A stretch of 64,000 nt of DNA from Anthoceros angustus (taxonomy: Eukaryota; Plantae; Anthocerotophyta): contig MU008219.1 of NCBI GenBank assembly GCA_010909165.1, positions 62,001 through 126,000 on the forward strand, given 5' to 3'. Of this stretch, positions 38,068-51,409 are shown piece by piece. Below the pieces are notes generated by a model, which was given only the letters and a program-made list of their open reading frames with translations, was not told the DNA's origin and searched no databases. The translations under genes and the position numbers were made by a program. Position 1 is the stretch's first letter, and each line of letters begins with the position of its first letter.

Positions 38068-38228
38068 CGCTAATGGAGAACGAGGGACACAACGAACACC
38101 AGGCTGCGCTTGTAGATTGTTGGAGGAATGGGCTCATTGCGTTGTGCCTCGGCAGTCCTCGCCTAAAGCGGCCATGCACTTACGCTCCACCCACTCTGCT
38201 AGAGTAGGACACACACTGCATGTCGGCT

Positions 38229-38360
38229 TAAGCGTAAGCCAGCGGAGTAAAAGCGAAACGTAAGCCCGCGGAGTAAAACCCGAGCGTAAGCCAGCGCAGT
38301 AAAGGAAGCGTAAGCACGCGGAGTAGAAACGTAAGCCCGTGGAGTAAAAGCGGACAGAAA
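38229..38360. repeat. ~22-bp degenerate tandem repeat (agcgtaagccagcggagtaaa); copy at ~50332-50460
   Basis: About five units directly visible upstream of the small-protein pair. Confidence 0.85.
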
Positions 38361-39844
38361 GCGCTCACTGAACAACTACAGGTAGATATTAAGTATAACA
38401 AAGCAGAAATGGTTAAAGAAAATATCATAGTATAGATTCTTCAAATATCTATTATACAGGTATCATAATTATTATTATATTATTCATGATATATAATCTT
38501 TATTCATATAAACTTGTAAAATGTATTTATTTTATTATAATATATCATTATAGATGTGTAGTTCCTTATGATGCATAGGAAATTCATGTTCACATCATGA
38601 AGCCACTGAAAGAAAGATTTTTATTTATTTATTTATATCTTAAATAATTTCATTGGTCATAAGCTAGAGTTTGTATGTGACTATGTATATGCCGGAGCTC
38701 ACCTACACCATGCTCCAAAACTTGGCATTCTCATCCTCCACAAGACCAAGGAATCCGGCGTGGCATCAATACAAAACACGCTTCCTTCCTGATTGCCTTC
38801 TTATCCACAGCGTACAAATGTTTCCGCCGTCAAGTTGAATTCATAATAGAGGATGACCGTTTAGTGAACAAAAACCTCTACTTACACGACAGTCTATTTA
38901 TACGGCAGTCTCAAAGTAATGCTATGCTTCACGTTTTGGCGGGTAGCTGAACATTCCCATGTATTCTTTGAGAACGAAGCTGCACATAGTACAGTACGAA
39001 TGAATGAATGAAAAGGATACTTACTCAAGTGGTTTGGAAATAACCTCCAATTGGTTAGGTCATGAATTCAAATCCTCTAGAGCCTTCAAAGGCTAACCTT
39101 GCCAATTTTATTGGCGCATGGGCACGGCCATTTAAGGGCGCTAGCATGCCCCTCCATTGAGGCTGACTTGAGGTGTGCTGGATATATTCCACAACGGATC
39201 CATGGGTATGAGGTTTTGCCAGATTCTGACGAAGGTTTTGGCCAGATGCTGACCAAGAATTGACATTCGAGGCCCACCGCAGAGGACTTGCGCAATTCTG
39301 GGCAAAGGAGGTGTGTATCAACGAGAAGGACTCTTTGAAAGCTCAGGTGGTTTCTTCGAATGCTCGTCGGTCAAGACCAAAAGCGGGAGGATGTAATCTA
39401 AGACTCAAGGGCTATGGGCGAGAACGATAGCTTCGATGAACGGGAACTGGAGCGGATTCGAAATTTGGTCATTGTGATGGATTCGGAGTCCGCTCTAGCA
39501 CCCGATGAGTCACAAGTTAGCCATAGAGAGTAGGTTTACGGTTTTGTAGGCACTTAGATATGCTTCTTCTCTATGTTCGTAATAACTTTTGGACCCGTTG
39601 CAGTGAGACAATTGATGATTTCATTTTCCTCTTCCTCGAACAAAGCATGGCCGGCCGCCCGCGCCCGCTGATGTCTTTATGTGTTGGAAACGGGTTTTCA
39701 TGATAACTACTCGTTGGAAAGCGGTCGACCTTTCTTGAAAACACGGCAAAACGCATATTTCGGGACTGTGTGGAATGTGCTAAGAGGGTTTCCATGTCAC
39801 AGAAGGGGGTTCGCATATTCACCCCCTCCGAAAGATATCGTGTT

Positions 39845-41282
39845 TATTCCGCAAACAACCAGTTGAACGCCGCCTCCTCCGCATCTTGATTCTGGAGCAT
39901 ACTAGAAAACCAGCTAGGATGACCAATAATTTAACTCTAGAAATGAGCCATAAGATAGGTGAAGAATTTTCCGTTCACACAAGTTAAGCACAAGCTAACG
40001 ATTGCACCAACATCTTAATCACTAGGATCGATGTCAAGATCTTCAAGCTCAAGATGTAACAGGAATTCCATAGTGCTAGCTATTAGCGACCTGATCGGCT
40101 TCCTTCGAACAGAGATGAAGTATGCGACGATAAATTTTGTTGGAGCCACTCGCATGCACAACAAGGTAGCCGCCCCAAAGGCATAGAGGCTCGCTAAGAT
40201 ATCATTCTGTGTGTCATGACCTTCATCTTCCGGGTCTCAATGGAAACATGACTTTCTTTCATAACGATTCATCTTCCCATCCCTAATGTCACCTCTACTT
40301 TTTGTAAATGCTTATGGAATTGTAAGATGCATTGGGGACATCAGACAATCTGAATGCTCCGAGCTCGCTCACTAAGCGTAGGAGCGGAGAAAGTTGAGAG
40401 AGGATCTTGTTATTGTGGCCACGGGGCTTGTAGCCTCCGCTCCGTCGTTGTCAATGGTTAGTCCAACTAGTTTACTCGTTAATCAGCCTAACTCCTAGCT
40501 CAATGAAATGCTTGCTTAATTAGGGCTGTATTCATTAGGGCGCCATATGCTAGCGAATTCTCATTGGCTTGTTCCAGTGCTTATCCAGGTCAACCGCCTG
40601 GCATTATACGCACTGGTCTTGGTCACTGATGGATGTAAAGCCCCATATTTGATGCATACTGACACAAATGCTTGAGATTTATGTGACCAATCCTAGAGAA
40701 TAAGGCAAATGCCACAGCTCGTTGCGCCTGGGAGGACGAGAATGGACCTCAATGGAATTCTGAATTATTAGACGTGGTGGCTCAAATTTAGTGACAGTGA
40801 TGTCATCACACATAGAATCGAACAGTCCAATTTGAAAACCGCTGAGAAAGATACCGCATGGTCATCGCAATCAATTTTGTTCTTAGGTAAGTAGACTTCA
40901 ATCTCTCAACCAAGATAGGACGCAGGGAAAGACTTGACCCTTAATTGTAAGCATTTAATTTTGCCTCTTATAATAAGGGATTTACTTCCACATCGAAGAT
41001 GGGTGGTGACGAAGGACAGAACTTTTATGGTCAACAATATAGTTGGGTGCAACCACTACTAGGAAAACGGGCCTTTTATAATGGAAATTACAACGGGCAT
41101 TACAACACCTTTACTAAGTCTGTAATAAAAACCCCCGTAGTAAACACACCTTAGTAATATCCATAGTAAAATTACATATGGTATATACGAGGGCTATATC
41201 ATGAATTAAATACGGTATTGTCCATTTCATACGGTGTATGGCTTGACTGGTGCTCCGTACACTGCTTAAACTTTACAACGGG
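39845..41282. repeat. ~1.44-kb duplicated block B (second copy 55647-57092), ending in a CACTA terminus
   Basis: Collinear high identity from caaacaaccagttgaacgcc to tttacaacgg. Confidence 0.93.
41054..41282 (+). mobile_element. CACTA (En/Spm) transposon terminus with ttacaac subterminal motifs
   Basis: CACTACTAGGAAAA followed by repeated ttacaac; matching opposite end not found. Confidence 0.7.
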
Positions 41283-43551
41283 TCAAGCAACTTGTAAGCT
41301 TTGGATTCTTTTCAGAGTATCCTACAAACACAAGCTGCTTAGACCTGTTATCTAAAGGGCACATACCTCTAAGTTGACACTTGCACATAGTGTTATGTTT
41401 GACGAGCTACATAGCCCCCAAATCACACTGTCCCCTAATTCTTTATTGCAGTCAGACAGTGTTCCTTCATCAGAGGCTGTTGGAAACTCATCTGATTATC
41501 CACAGTCCGATGGTGAAGCCCCCACCTCCACAGATCATGTTGAATTAGATGACCTGTAAGTATTATATCTCCCTTTCCCAGGTTCCACTTTTGGCATGAG
41601 CGTGAGGGTGTGTGCCTATGGCTCCTCTATTTCTATGGTGTTCCACACACATGAACGCTTGTCTAAAAAAGCTACATGCCCTCACCGGGTCTTTAACGAT
41701 GGCCTCAGTCCAGTGTCTGCCGTCCTCAAATACATCAGGATAAAAATACCTTATACTCTACAATGCAGCACATTCTAAGAACGTGTGGTGTTCGTCATCC
41801 ACTTCACCACTCATACATAGTAGACAAATCCTATGCTTTGGTGGCATGTGATCTCTACCCCTGATAACCCTGAGATTGTACTTCATAGTCTAAATTGAGC
41901 TAGTGCTCTCACTGCATCAAGCTCCTCAAATTCGATTGCGTACCACACATGGAGTTTTGTGGCTGATTTTTTGCCCGAAATTCCATATCGAGCAAAGCCT
42001 CGTATGTACATTGGGAATCCATTTGACCATTCACGACAACAACTTAATGCGATCAATGCTTAGGAGCAGCAGCCCCAAGAGTTAGATCACAAGTGTAAGA
42101 TCTACTACTTTGTGCAACAACTCTGCATATAAATGTTGTGGTAGCGTGTTAGCTAGCTTATATACTAGCAAACATATTTTGTTTCAACCACATTCCTAGC
42201 ACTTGTATCGTGAGCTTTCATTTCCTTGACGAACCTGAGAGGGACCCGAGACACATTGATCACTAGCCACATTGGCTTTACAAGCCACATGAACGTGTAT
42301 TTAGGGATGACGTATCTTGAGACCGAAGAAAGACCATCAAGGAGATGCCCACACACTGCAAGCCAAAAGGAAACAACAGCGAATGAATGCAACCACAAGA
42401 ATTAGGGTCTAAGAACCTTTAATCTTACAAGGAATATGGGTGTGATATACACAAGAGCTTGGCAATCACGAGATCCCTAAAGACCTACACAGTTCGGCAT
42501 CGATTAACATTCCTGCACCATATCCATTAATATTACCATGCGCACAACACAAATTGGATGCACCATTTATATCTTCAAGAACCAACAACTTTTGTATTGT
42601 GGAAGTCTTGAGGGGTACCTTTGCGAGATATCACGATCAAAACCTGGATTGAAGTTTTCCATCCGTAGAGAAATTCCAGAAACCTTGTCTAAATGCAATG
42701 GAAATAGGGACTGCCAATACGAATAAACATACGGCCAAGTTGTACAATATCGTCATTCATAGCTACTAATCTCATCTCCTAACTCCTTGAGGCCCTTGAT
42801 AAAATTCTGAAACCGATTTTTGTCTTCGGAAACATATCTACAAAAAACAGATGTTATATTCTCGTGCTGAGAGGGGTATGAAGGAAGAAATGGGGTTGAG
42901 CTCTGGCCTGAGCTACATAGCCTTAACTTGAATCTATGTCGATGAGTGTCAACATGGCTAAGCTGCGACTTGAGATCACTTGATGCACTTCGTCCATGCA
43001 ATCCTATCGCAAAGAAAACGGCTCCACCAACATAACAATAGGATGAAGTTCATTTCCCCATTCATTATGCCTTCCCTCCTCCGTTTTTTTTTCACTTTTA
43101 TTTTTTGGATCCTATTGCACTCAATGAATGCTACAACTTTTGTTCACAATATATTTCCTAAAAACAAATAAAATGTACTAATTTTTCCATTCATATGGTG
43201 TAACAATTTGACCAAGTTTCTCATTTTCTCTTTTCTTCTTTGCTTCTCCAATGAAGCTAAAACTTGGTACGTATATTTAATACGCATATATGATTCTGCT
43301 CAAAAAATATCATCTTCATTAAACTTGTAGGTTAGGAGATACAACAGGTTTCTCCATAGAGTGATAAAAAGTGACACTTTTAAGATGTTACATGCGTTAC
43401 TACTATAACGCGTGTCCACTAGAAGACTGGAGTTGTTCTGTACTCAAGCTGAACCAGCAATTGCGGACTATCACTCCAGCTGAACCTGCAATTGTGGACT
43501 ATCACTCCAGTAGAACCGACAATTGTGGATTGTTGACCAGTCCAATTTATA

Positions 43552-43575
43552 ATAGATAGATAGATAGATAGATAA
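43552..43575. repeat. (GATA)n microsatellite
   Basis: atagatagatagatagatagata. Confidence 0.85.
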
Positions 43576-44851
43576 ATATATTTGTACTTGCTGCAATTGG
43601 ACAAGCAATGACTACCTTACGAGTATAAGATAAGCACATCGCTAGCACAAGTTGCTTGTGGCATACAAAGTGGTGTACATATATGTGTGTCTGGGTAGCT
43701 ATTGGATTTGGAGTGCTTGAATTCATGAGTGTCTCAATAGTGTTGGGTTTAAATACTTTCTTTCATACCATAATGCACTCCAAGGGGGTTTGCACGGGCA
43801 TAAAGAGTTTGGCTGAGATAAGAGGTATCGGATAAATGAGACTGCCTCTCGAGATTGGGTGATAAGCATTGGAGAGGTATCAGTAATGAGACTGCCTCTC
43901 GATATTGGGTGATAAGCATTGACTGCAGCACTGACCCCATTTCTTCTGTCACACCCCTTGCAGACAGTTTGATTCCCCGCTGGCCAGCAGAGTCTCCATG
44001 CTGACATGAGCTAACATGAATGGAGTCCCTTGCATACATTGTGGGACACAGTTTCTTCCCTGCCAAGATAATCCTCTCTATTGTCTTGCAGTGAAAGCTA
44101 CCGACAACGCAAAGCTCTTTACAGCTACTGATGTGAAAGTGACAGACTTGTAAAATTGCATCTGCAGATCCACAGGCGTTGTTTCAAGAGGTTTTTCTTT
44201 GTCGTTAGATCAACTGCTACAAAGAGGTCCCATTGCCGTCAGAAGCTTATAAGTAGCCATAGCTTACGCTCAGCCTACTCTGCTACTTTAAAACGTACAA
44301 AGCGGTTTACGCTCCGATCCGCCTACCTCCGGCTTTGTAAACTCACGCGCTGCATCCATAACCTGGATTGATGTTGGAAACGGATCGAAGGAAACGGATA
44401 GAGGAGTATCGACGCACGGCGTTGCCGCGTGAACCCTCATGTTTACCGCGCGTTCTCAATGTTGTCTCTCCGTGAGGGAGGGACCGGGATAGGAGGAAAG
44501 GACAAAAGTGATTAGATAGAATGCACCATATTTGTGCCCTTGACCTTGGGCCGCTTAGCTGCAAGTAACCCGCTTCAAGCTAGCCCAAATTGTCAGCAAA
44601 CCACGGCAAACTGCTAACTTAGCAACCAAACTACACTTCAATACTAAACTATATACCAAACTACGCCTTCAATACTAAACTATATACCAAACTACATCTT
44701 CAATACTAAACTATATACCAAACTACAGTCTTCAATACTAAACTATATACCAAACTACAGTCTTCAATACTAAACTATATACCAAACTACAGTCTTCAAT
44801 ACTAAACTATATACCAAACTACAGTCTTCAATATTAAACTATATTACATTG

Positions 44852-47063
44852 TCAAAGTAAATGTCGTATAAGGCTAACTTTACATATCTCAGCCCATTCC
44901 ATGACTAAGTCAAAATGTTTCTCCTCCACCGGTAAATAAATTTCCTTCGACTTTGCCTCAAGGAGTTCCCCAAAGTGATTGCCGCGAGCCCTACCAACAC
45001 CATCCAACTCCTCCTCATGGCTCATGGCCAATAGGGCTAATATGCATGGATTTCCCGGATCAACGTAAGTTAAGATTTGCGTCATCACGGTGGACAAGTC
45101 ACCCCCGCGATCTTATTGCAACACAGAGCACATAAGCACAGGAAAAGGAGCACCGGATCCAGCCTTTTCTCCCGCTTACTCAACTGCATACGTAGATTCC
45201 TCTCCAAGATCCTCTCCAAGTCATCAACAATTCTTTCCGCTGGCCTTCATCATGGTATCGCATGTTTCAAACTCTTCATCATATTCCTCGACCAAAGTAA
45301 ACAAATCCGGGATGCTGTCCAGTGCCTGCTCTTCAAACTTACAACGAGGGCACTCACACATGAACAATGGCCAGGCTTGTCTTTCACGGAATAGCAGGCT
45401 GTTAGATATCGTGAAGTAATTGATGAAAAGCTCCTCTCCAGCTCCAACCGCACGACTCGAGGAAACAAAAAGATAATCGCCCATTGGGTAGTCCATGCAA
45501 TTGGGGGTGCATGAATGGTTGAAGAAAGACGCCGTCCCGTATAATACACCCGCTATTAAGTTGGCTTCTTGAACAGCACGGAAGTTACCAATCCGGATGC
45601 TTTCCAAGTGTTCTTCCTCCCTTCCGGATCATCTTCATTGTCGTCGTCATCCCGCCTCTTGATGACAAGTGAGGCACATCTTGTTGGGCCCGAGATCCGT
45701 CAAGGCTCTTGACCGCATCGTGGAGACTTTCGTGCCTTTTCTATCATACATCTGTGGCATCCCGCCACTCAAGACCAAGTGTCCATCGCTCATTGGGTTC
45801 CTCATCTCTAGGGGAGCTAGAAGACAAGGCCGGACCATGGAAAGTCTTGCCTTGACGCTCGATCCTTCCGCCGTGCAAGAGCCTTGCTCACAAGCAATAG
45901 CCTCTCGGCCTCACGCCTCTTGTTGTAAACATTCCTCGCCCACAATTTGTTTTGCGGATCTCGACGGGTCCAATGTCGCGTCACTGCCTCTTTGGTTTCA
46001 TTGAAGACGCCCACGAAGTCACAAACTTGTAGATTCCCAACCGACTCAGAGAAGCCGTTTACGACCTTCAGAGCCGAGATGTTATTCAAGATGTCCTCAT
46101 CCGAGGTCCTCGCCGCAGACAGATGTGCTTCTTCGTGTGTGCATCCGACAAACCTCTAACTCTCTGGGTGAGGCTTTGGCTTCGTTAGGGCTCTGCCACA
46201 ACAACTTCGGCACTCTTCGTAGCCTTCTTGAAGCTTCCATCGCAGACATGACTCAAAGATTACTACCATAGGCGGCGATAAGCTTGTGTTTCATCGAATC
46301 AGTGCATGATAGGTCCCGTGATCTTCTCCAGACTTGTGCACTCACGGTGTAGAAAGTAGCGCTCCACTCACTCGAGCAAATCGAATGTTGCCTTGAACAC
46401 ATAGTTGCTCTGCGCAATCCACCATGGGCACATGCCATCGGATGTATTCTCTGACTTGTAAATCTCAGCATTCTCAAGTAAGTTCCTCGTGAATCGGCAC
46501 TATGTCCGCAGGTTACCAACCCTCCACCAACCGTCCCATCATTCCACAGCTCTTCGAGCTTAGGCTCTTTGATTGCCACTTCCATACCCTCCGGGTACTT
46601 GTCCCACACATCCACCTCGCTTGCGTTGGACACATAGAATTATCAATAACCACTAAGACAGATTCCCACAATGGTCTTCAAATATCATGGACTCCTCCGG
46701 TCATGAACGCGTCACGCAAAATTTGCCGACTACATACCCTCCTCTGCTTGTGGGTTGCTCACATTGCCGTCTCCTGGCAGCAGGGATACTCCTTTGTCGC
46801 TGCAAACTTGAGAGTGGAGCCGACGGCTCCGAAGGATCCCGCAGAAGATGGCTACACTGAGTATCCAAAAACATAGAATCCTGAACCAGTTGCTTGAATT
46901 CCTGTGCAGCCTGATAGTGCCCGAAAATCAATCCTGGTTTATTGAACCTTTTTGACTGCTCTGCGAGGAAGATGTTCCTCTCGCTGAGCTTTTTCGCCAA
47001 AAAGTTATCGATACTGTCGGGAATCATCAGCTCTCCTGGATTATGAGATGTCTTTGATGCCAT
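44852..47063 (-). pseudogene. TPR-SET gene copy with many frameshifts
   Basis: Fragments MASKTSHNPGELMIPDSIDNFLAKKLSERN.., DVWDKYPEGMEVAIKEP, SFFNHSCTPNC, EWAEICKVSLIRHLL. Confidence 0.85.
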
Positions 47064-49267
47064 GACTCCGCACCGTTTGTTGTTTGCTTCGTAGTATCGG
47101 AATGGAATGGTTTGGACGTGTACAGTAACACTGGTGTACAAATAGCCTTTTGTTACTGACTTCAGTTCCTAGCTTGTAGATGCTTTGATCATACCCAAGC
47201 ACAAAAGAGTGCATATATAGACACCGATTTCAAAACAATATCTGGATAAATTAAGTTTTCAAAACTCATAACCCTAACTTTGTGCCTTTTATTCTGACTT
47301 TTAGCTTGTAGATGCTTTGATCATACCCAAGCACAAAAGAGTGCATATATAGACACCTAGATGCTTTGATCATACCCAAGCACAAAAGGGTGCATATATA
47401 GACACCGATTTCAAAACTATATCTTGATAAATTAAGTCTTCAAAACTCATAATCCGGTAACCTGAGCCTTTTGTTACTAGCTTGTAGATGCTTTGATCAT
47501 ACCCAAGCACAAAAGGGTGCATATATAGACACCGATTTCAAAATAATATCTGGATAAATTAAGTTTTCAAAACTCATAACCCGCTAACCTGTGCCTTTTT
47601 GTTACCGAGTTCAGTTCATAGCTTGTAGATGCTTTGATCATACCCAAGCACAAAAGGGTGCATATATAGACATCGATTTCAAAACAATATCTGGATACAT
47701 TAAGTTTTCAAAACTCATAACCCGGTAACCTGTGGAAGGACTTTACAACCCGAAACCCAAGGTTGGATTCATCGAAACTTTGGCATCCTGCCTTGGCTAC
47801 TATCTGGACAAAGATCGTTTGAAATTATGCATCCCACTTCCTCTCCCGCCGGGATGTCCACGTTCTGTGGTGCCGGCCCATGTAGGTATGTGCATGCTTA
47901 TCCTCCAAATCCGGGTGCTGGGGCTCTTCTCATTTCAGACTCTTCAGGTGTTTCCGGTGAAAAATTAGAGGGCGAGCGGACCATGACATGGCTCTTCTGG
48001 CAATCTTGACTCGGTTTCCTTGCTCGCACGAATCTAAATAGCTCTCACAAAAGGAGCACACTGCGCTGCAATGGCAGCCCACCACGCAGCCTTCGGACTT
48101 GATCTGGTAAATGCCCGAACCGCAACTTCTTCCAGATCGTGAAGCGATGCCTCTGTACCAGGCCTTTGCTGCTATGTCGTAAGAAAACATATATTATAAA
48201 TATATATTTAAAAATAGTGTTATCAGAACGCGGCGGACATTTCTTCGCGGAGGTTCCGAGAGTCGAAAGGAAGCGTTCATGATCCAAGTTGTGGCAGTGT
48301 CGAGGCGATGCATGAGTGTGCATCCTTTATAAGGCCCCTTCATGTTTGCCAACCTCAGGCTTTTCCAGTGTGTTCCACTTAGAGGTGAGGCACCATGACC
48401 ATCTTTCACACAAGCCAGTTGAACTACTCGGACTGCTGCATCAGAATATTTGTGTGCACTGGCGATCACACTTCTCCTGACTTGCCCGTCCCAAACAACA
48501 AACAAATATCTCCTGTTGCCTGTAAGGGAAGAGGAAAACAAATTTCTACCAGCGACCAGTAACTTGTATATCAGTGAAGTCGACACAATCAGCATAGATT
48601 TAGCTGGTTGTAACGAACGCTGAGAAAGCTGTGGCCATCTCCACCGAAATTTCGAACGTGCTCCTCTTCAATGTCCCACCACGCCATGTCATCGGGCGCC
48701 CCAGCAATCAGTGCCACAATTTAAGAGTGCTTCCTCTGCTGCAGCGTTTCACCCGATTCCAAAACCTTGACCCCGGTGGAAACCTAAAATTCCACACGAT
48801 GTCCAAATTCGTCGAGCTGTGTTTGAAAAAAATGCCTCCCGCGCTGAGCCTGTCAGCCAGAACGTAGTCGGGTGCGGGTTCCTGGGAAGAACATGGTCCT
48901 AGTGCTGCTCTCCAGAGCTCAGATGGATGATTCGAGAGTTCCAAAGATGCGTTTGGCGTTGTGGTCATCAACCAGGGCCAGGAAGGTGCTCGATTAACCG
49001 TTCGGGCAGCGAAGTAGCGGACAAAAGCGAATTCAAGTTTTTGATTTCAAATTTCCGCGAACACCCTCAGCATACCTAGTGGACACACCAAAACACCTTT
49101 GGAACGCTGGCACTTTTAAACGACAATGAGCAGCAAGGTTACATCTAGATGCAACAGTTGCTTCTATGCAAGCTCGGGAAGCAGGCGAGATCACAAAACC
49201 ACGCGTTTCTGGAGGTGCTGCCGGCGCGCCATCCCACCTGAAACAGGGCTACTGTAGAAGCTGACAA

Positions 49268-50170
49268 TTAACGGCAGCTGGAATTGTCCAGCGACTCCTC
49301 GCCATCGCCGCACTGCTCCAATTGATGGGCCGCGCCGGAGGCCAGCGCCGCAGCAGCAACTGCCGCCGTGATTCCTGCAATCCTTGCTCCTACAAGAGGG
49401 CTGCGCATGTCGCCACCCAGCCTCGCTGTGTACCGGATGGCAGCCCGGCGGGCCTGACTGAAGTTGCCTGCACTTGCGTGCACTGCAGCCGCCACGAATC
49501 CCACAATTGGGATACTCTCACATAAGAGGGTGGCTTGACCGTTTTTCGCGAAGGCGTTTCCATTGGAGACGCAGCGAGGGAGACGATGCAGACAATGCTT
49601 GTGGGGCGATCGATAAATCGGGCGGAATTGCTCACTAGAGTTTTTGAACACGATTGTGAAACCTCAAGCCGGGATCACGCTCAACATATGTACTCACCAA
49701 CTGGACACACCAAAACGCCTAAGGTTGGCACTTTCTGAGAATGAGCGAGGATTACATCTGATAGCAAGAGTTCTCCTCGACGCAAGCTGGGAAGCCGTCT
49801 CCAGGCGTGTCACGAACCGTACGCGTTTCTGGAGGTTCCGCTGGCGCCATCCCTCCTGCAACACGGCTGCAGAAGCTGATAAAGATCAAGGGCGGCTGCC
49901 ATTTTCCGACCCCTCGTCAACGCTGCACTGCTCCAAATGCGCCGCTGCGCGCAGCGCAGCGGCAGCCACTGCCGCCGCGACCTCTGCCATCCTGGCCGCT
50001 GCAAAAGCGCTGCGCACATGCCCATGGAACTAACTGCGCATTTTACAACTGCCCGATGCGCTTGGCAAAGTTCCCTGCCTCCGCATGGGCAGCGGCAACA
50101 AGGAAGCCCACGATGGGGATGTATTCGCATATCAACGTTGCTTCGCCGTCTTTTCCGAAGGGGTTTCCAT
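49268..50170 (-). pseudogene. Frameshifted copies of the two small MGN proteins
   Basis: Single-base losses right after the ATG (tttccat vs tttcccat) in both genes. Confidence 0.7.
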
Positions 50171-51409
50171 CGCTAATGGAGAACGAGGGACACAACGAAC
50201 ACCAGGCTGCGCTTGTAGATTGTTGGAGGAATGGGCTCATTGCGTTGTGCCTCGGCAGTCCTCGCCTAAAGCGGCCATGCACTTACGCTCCACCCACTCT
50301 GCTAGAGTAGGACACACACTGCATGTCGGCTTAAGCGTAAGCCAGCGGAGTAAAAGCGAAACGTAAGCCCGCGGAGTAAAACCCGAGCGTAAGCCAGCGC
50401 AGTAAAAGGAAGCGTAAGCACGCGGAGTAGAAACGTAAGCCCGTGGAGTAAAAGCGGACAGAAAGCGCTCACTGAACAACTACAGGTAGATATTAAGTAT
50501 AACAAAGCAGAAATGGTTAAAGAAAATATCATAGTATAGATTCTTCAAATATCTATTATACAGGTATCATAATTATTATTATATTATTCATGATATATAA
50601 TCTTTATTCATATAAACTTGTAAAATGTATTTATTTTATTATAATATATCATTATAGATGTGTAGTTCCTTATGATGCATAGGAAATTCATGTTCACATC
50701 ATGAAGCCATTGAAAGAAAGATTTTTATTTATTTATTTATATCTTAAATAATTTCATTGGTCATAAGCTAGAGTTTGTATGTGACTATATATATGCCGGA
50801 GCTCACCTACACCATACTCCAAAACTTGGCATTCTCATCCTCCACAAGACCAAGGAATCCGGTGTGGCATCAATACAAAACACGCTTCCTTCCGATCACT
50901 CCCCATAGCAAGCTAAGAGATGATGACACGTTGGAGGTATCTCGTGTGGCGCCAAGATCATTGTACTGAATGAGAGGGGTTACGCATAAGAGATTTTTGT
51001 GTGTGGTTTTTCCTCCATTTGAGAAGAAAGAGGTCTAGGAAACTTTTGAAGCATTCCAAGAGTGGATCATTTTTGCTAGCTTCTTGTGAAGTTAGGAACA
51101 TAGCGTTTCATTCCATTCCAAGAGTTGATCATTTTTGCTAGCTTTTTGTTAAGCTTCTATGAGAGTAGTCCTAACATCATTCACTTCACAATGGTATGCA
51201 TTCAACCCAAGATATTTTAAGACCAATATATTATTGCTAAATATATAATAGATACTGGTAGTAATAGATACTACTAGATACTAGTAATATATAATAATAT
51301 ACAATTATAATACAATGATCGCTGATACATATGCTTATTATAAAAATAGTTAACATGGGCTACCGTTGCTGGGAACATGGTCCCAATCACGATACAATGT
51401 CCACGGTGT

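Larger units (their letters stand above)
31807..38789. repeat. ~7-kb duplicated block A (second copy 43922-50893)
   Basis: Collinear near-identity across the TPR-SET gene, the repeat arrays, the SET relic and the small-protein pair. Confidence 0.95.
43922..50893. repeat. Duplicated block A' (copy of 31807-38789)
   Basis: Same content. Differs by many 1-3 bp deletions, minisatellite copy number and a ~68-bp insertion near 48893-48955. Confidence 0.95.

Noticed and set aside
41300-43000. Possible CACTA transposase remnants after the terminus at 41054
   Set aside because: I could not recognise Tnp2 or TnpA motifs in the frames I read.
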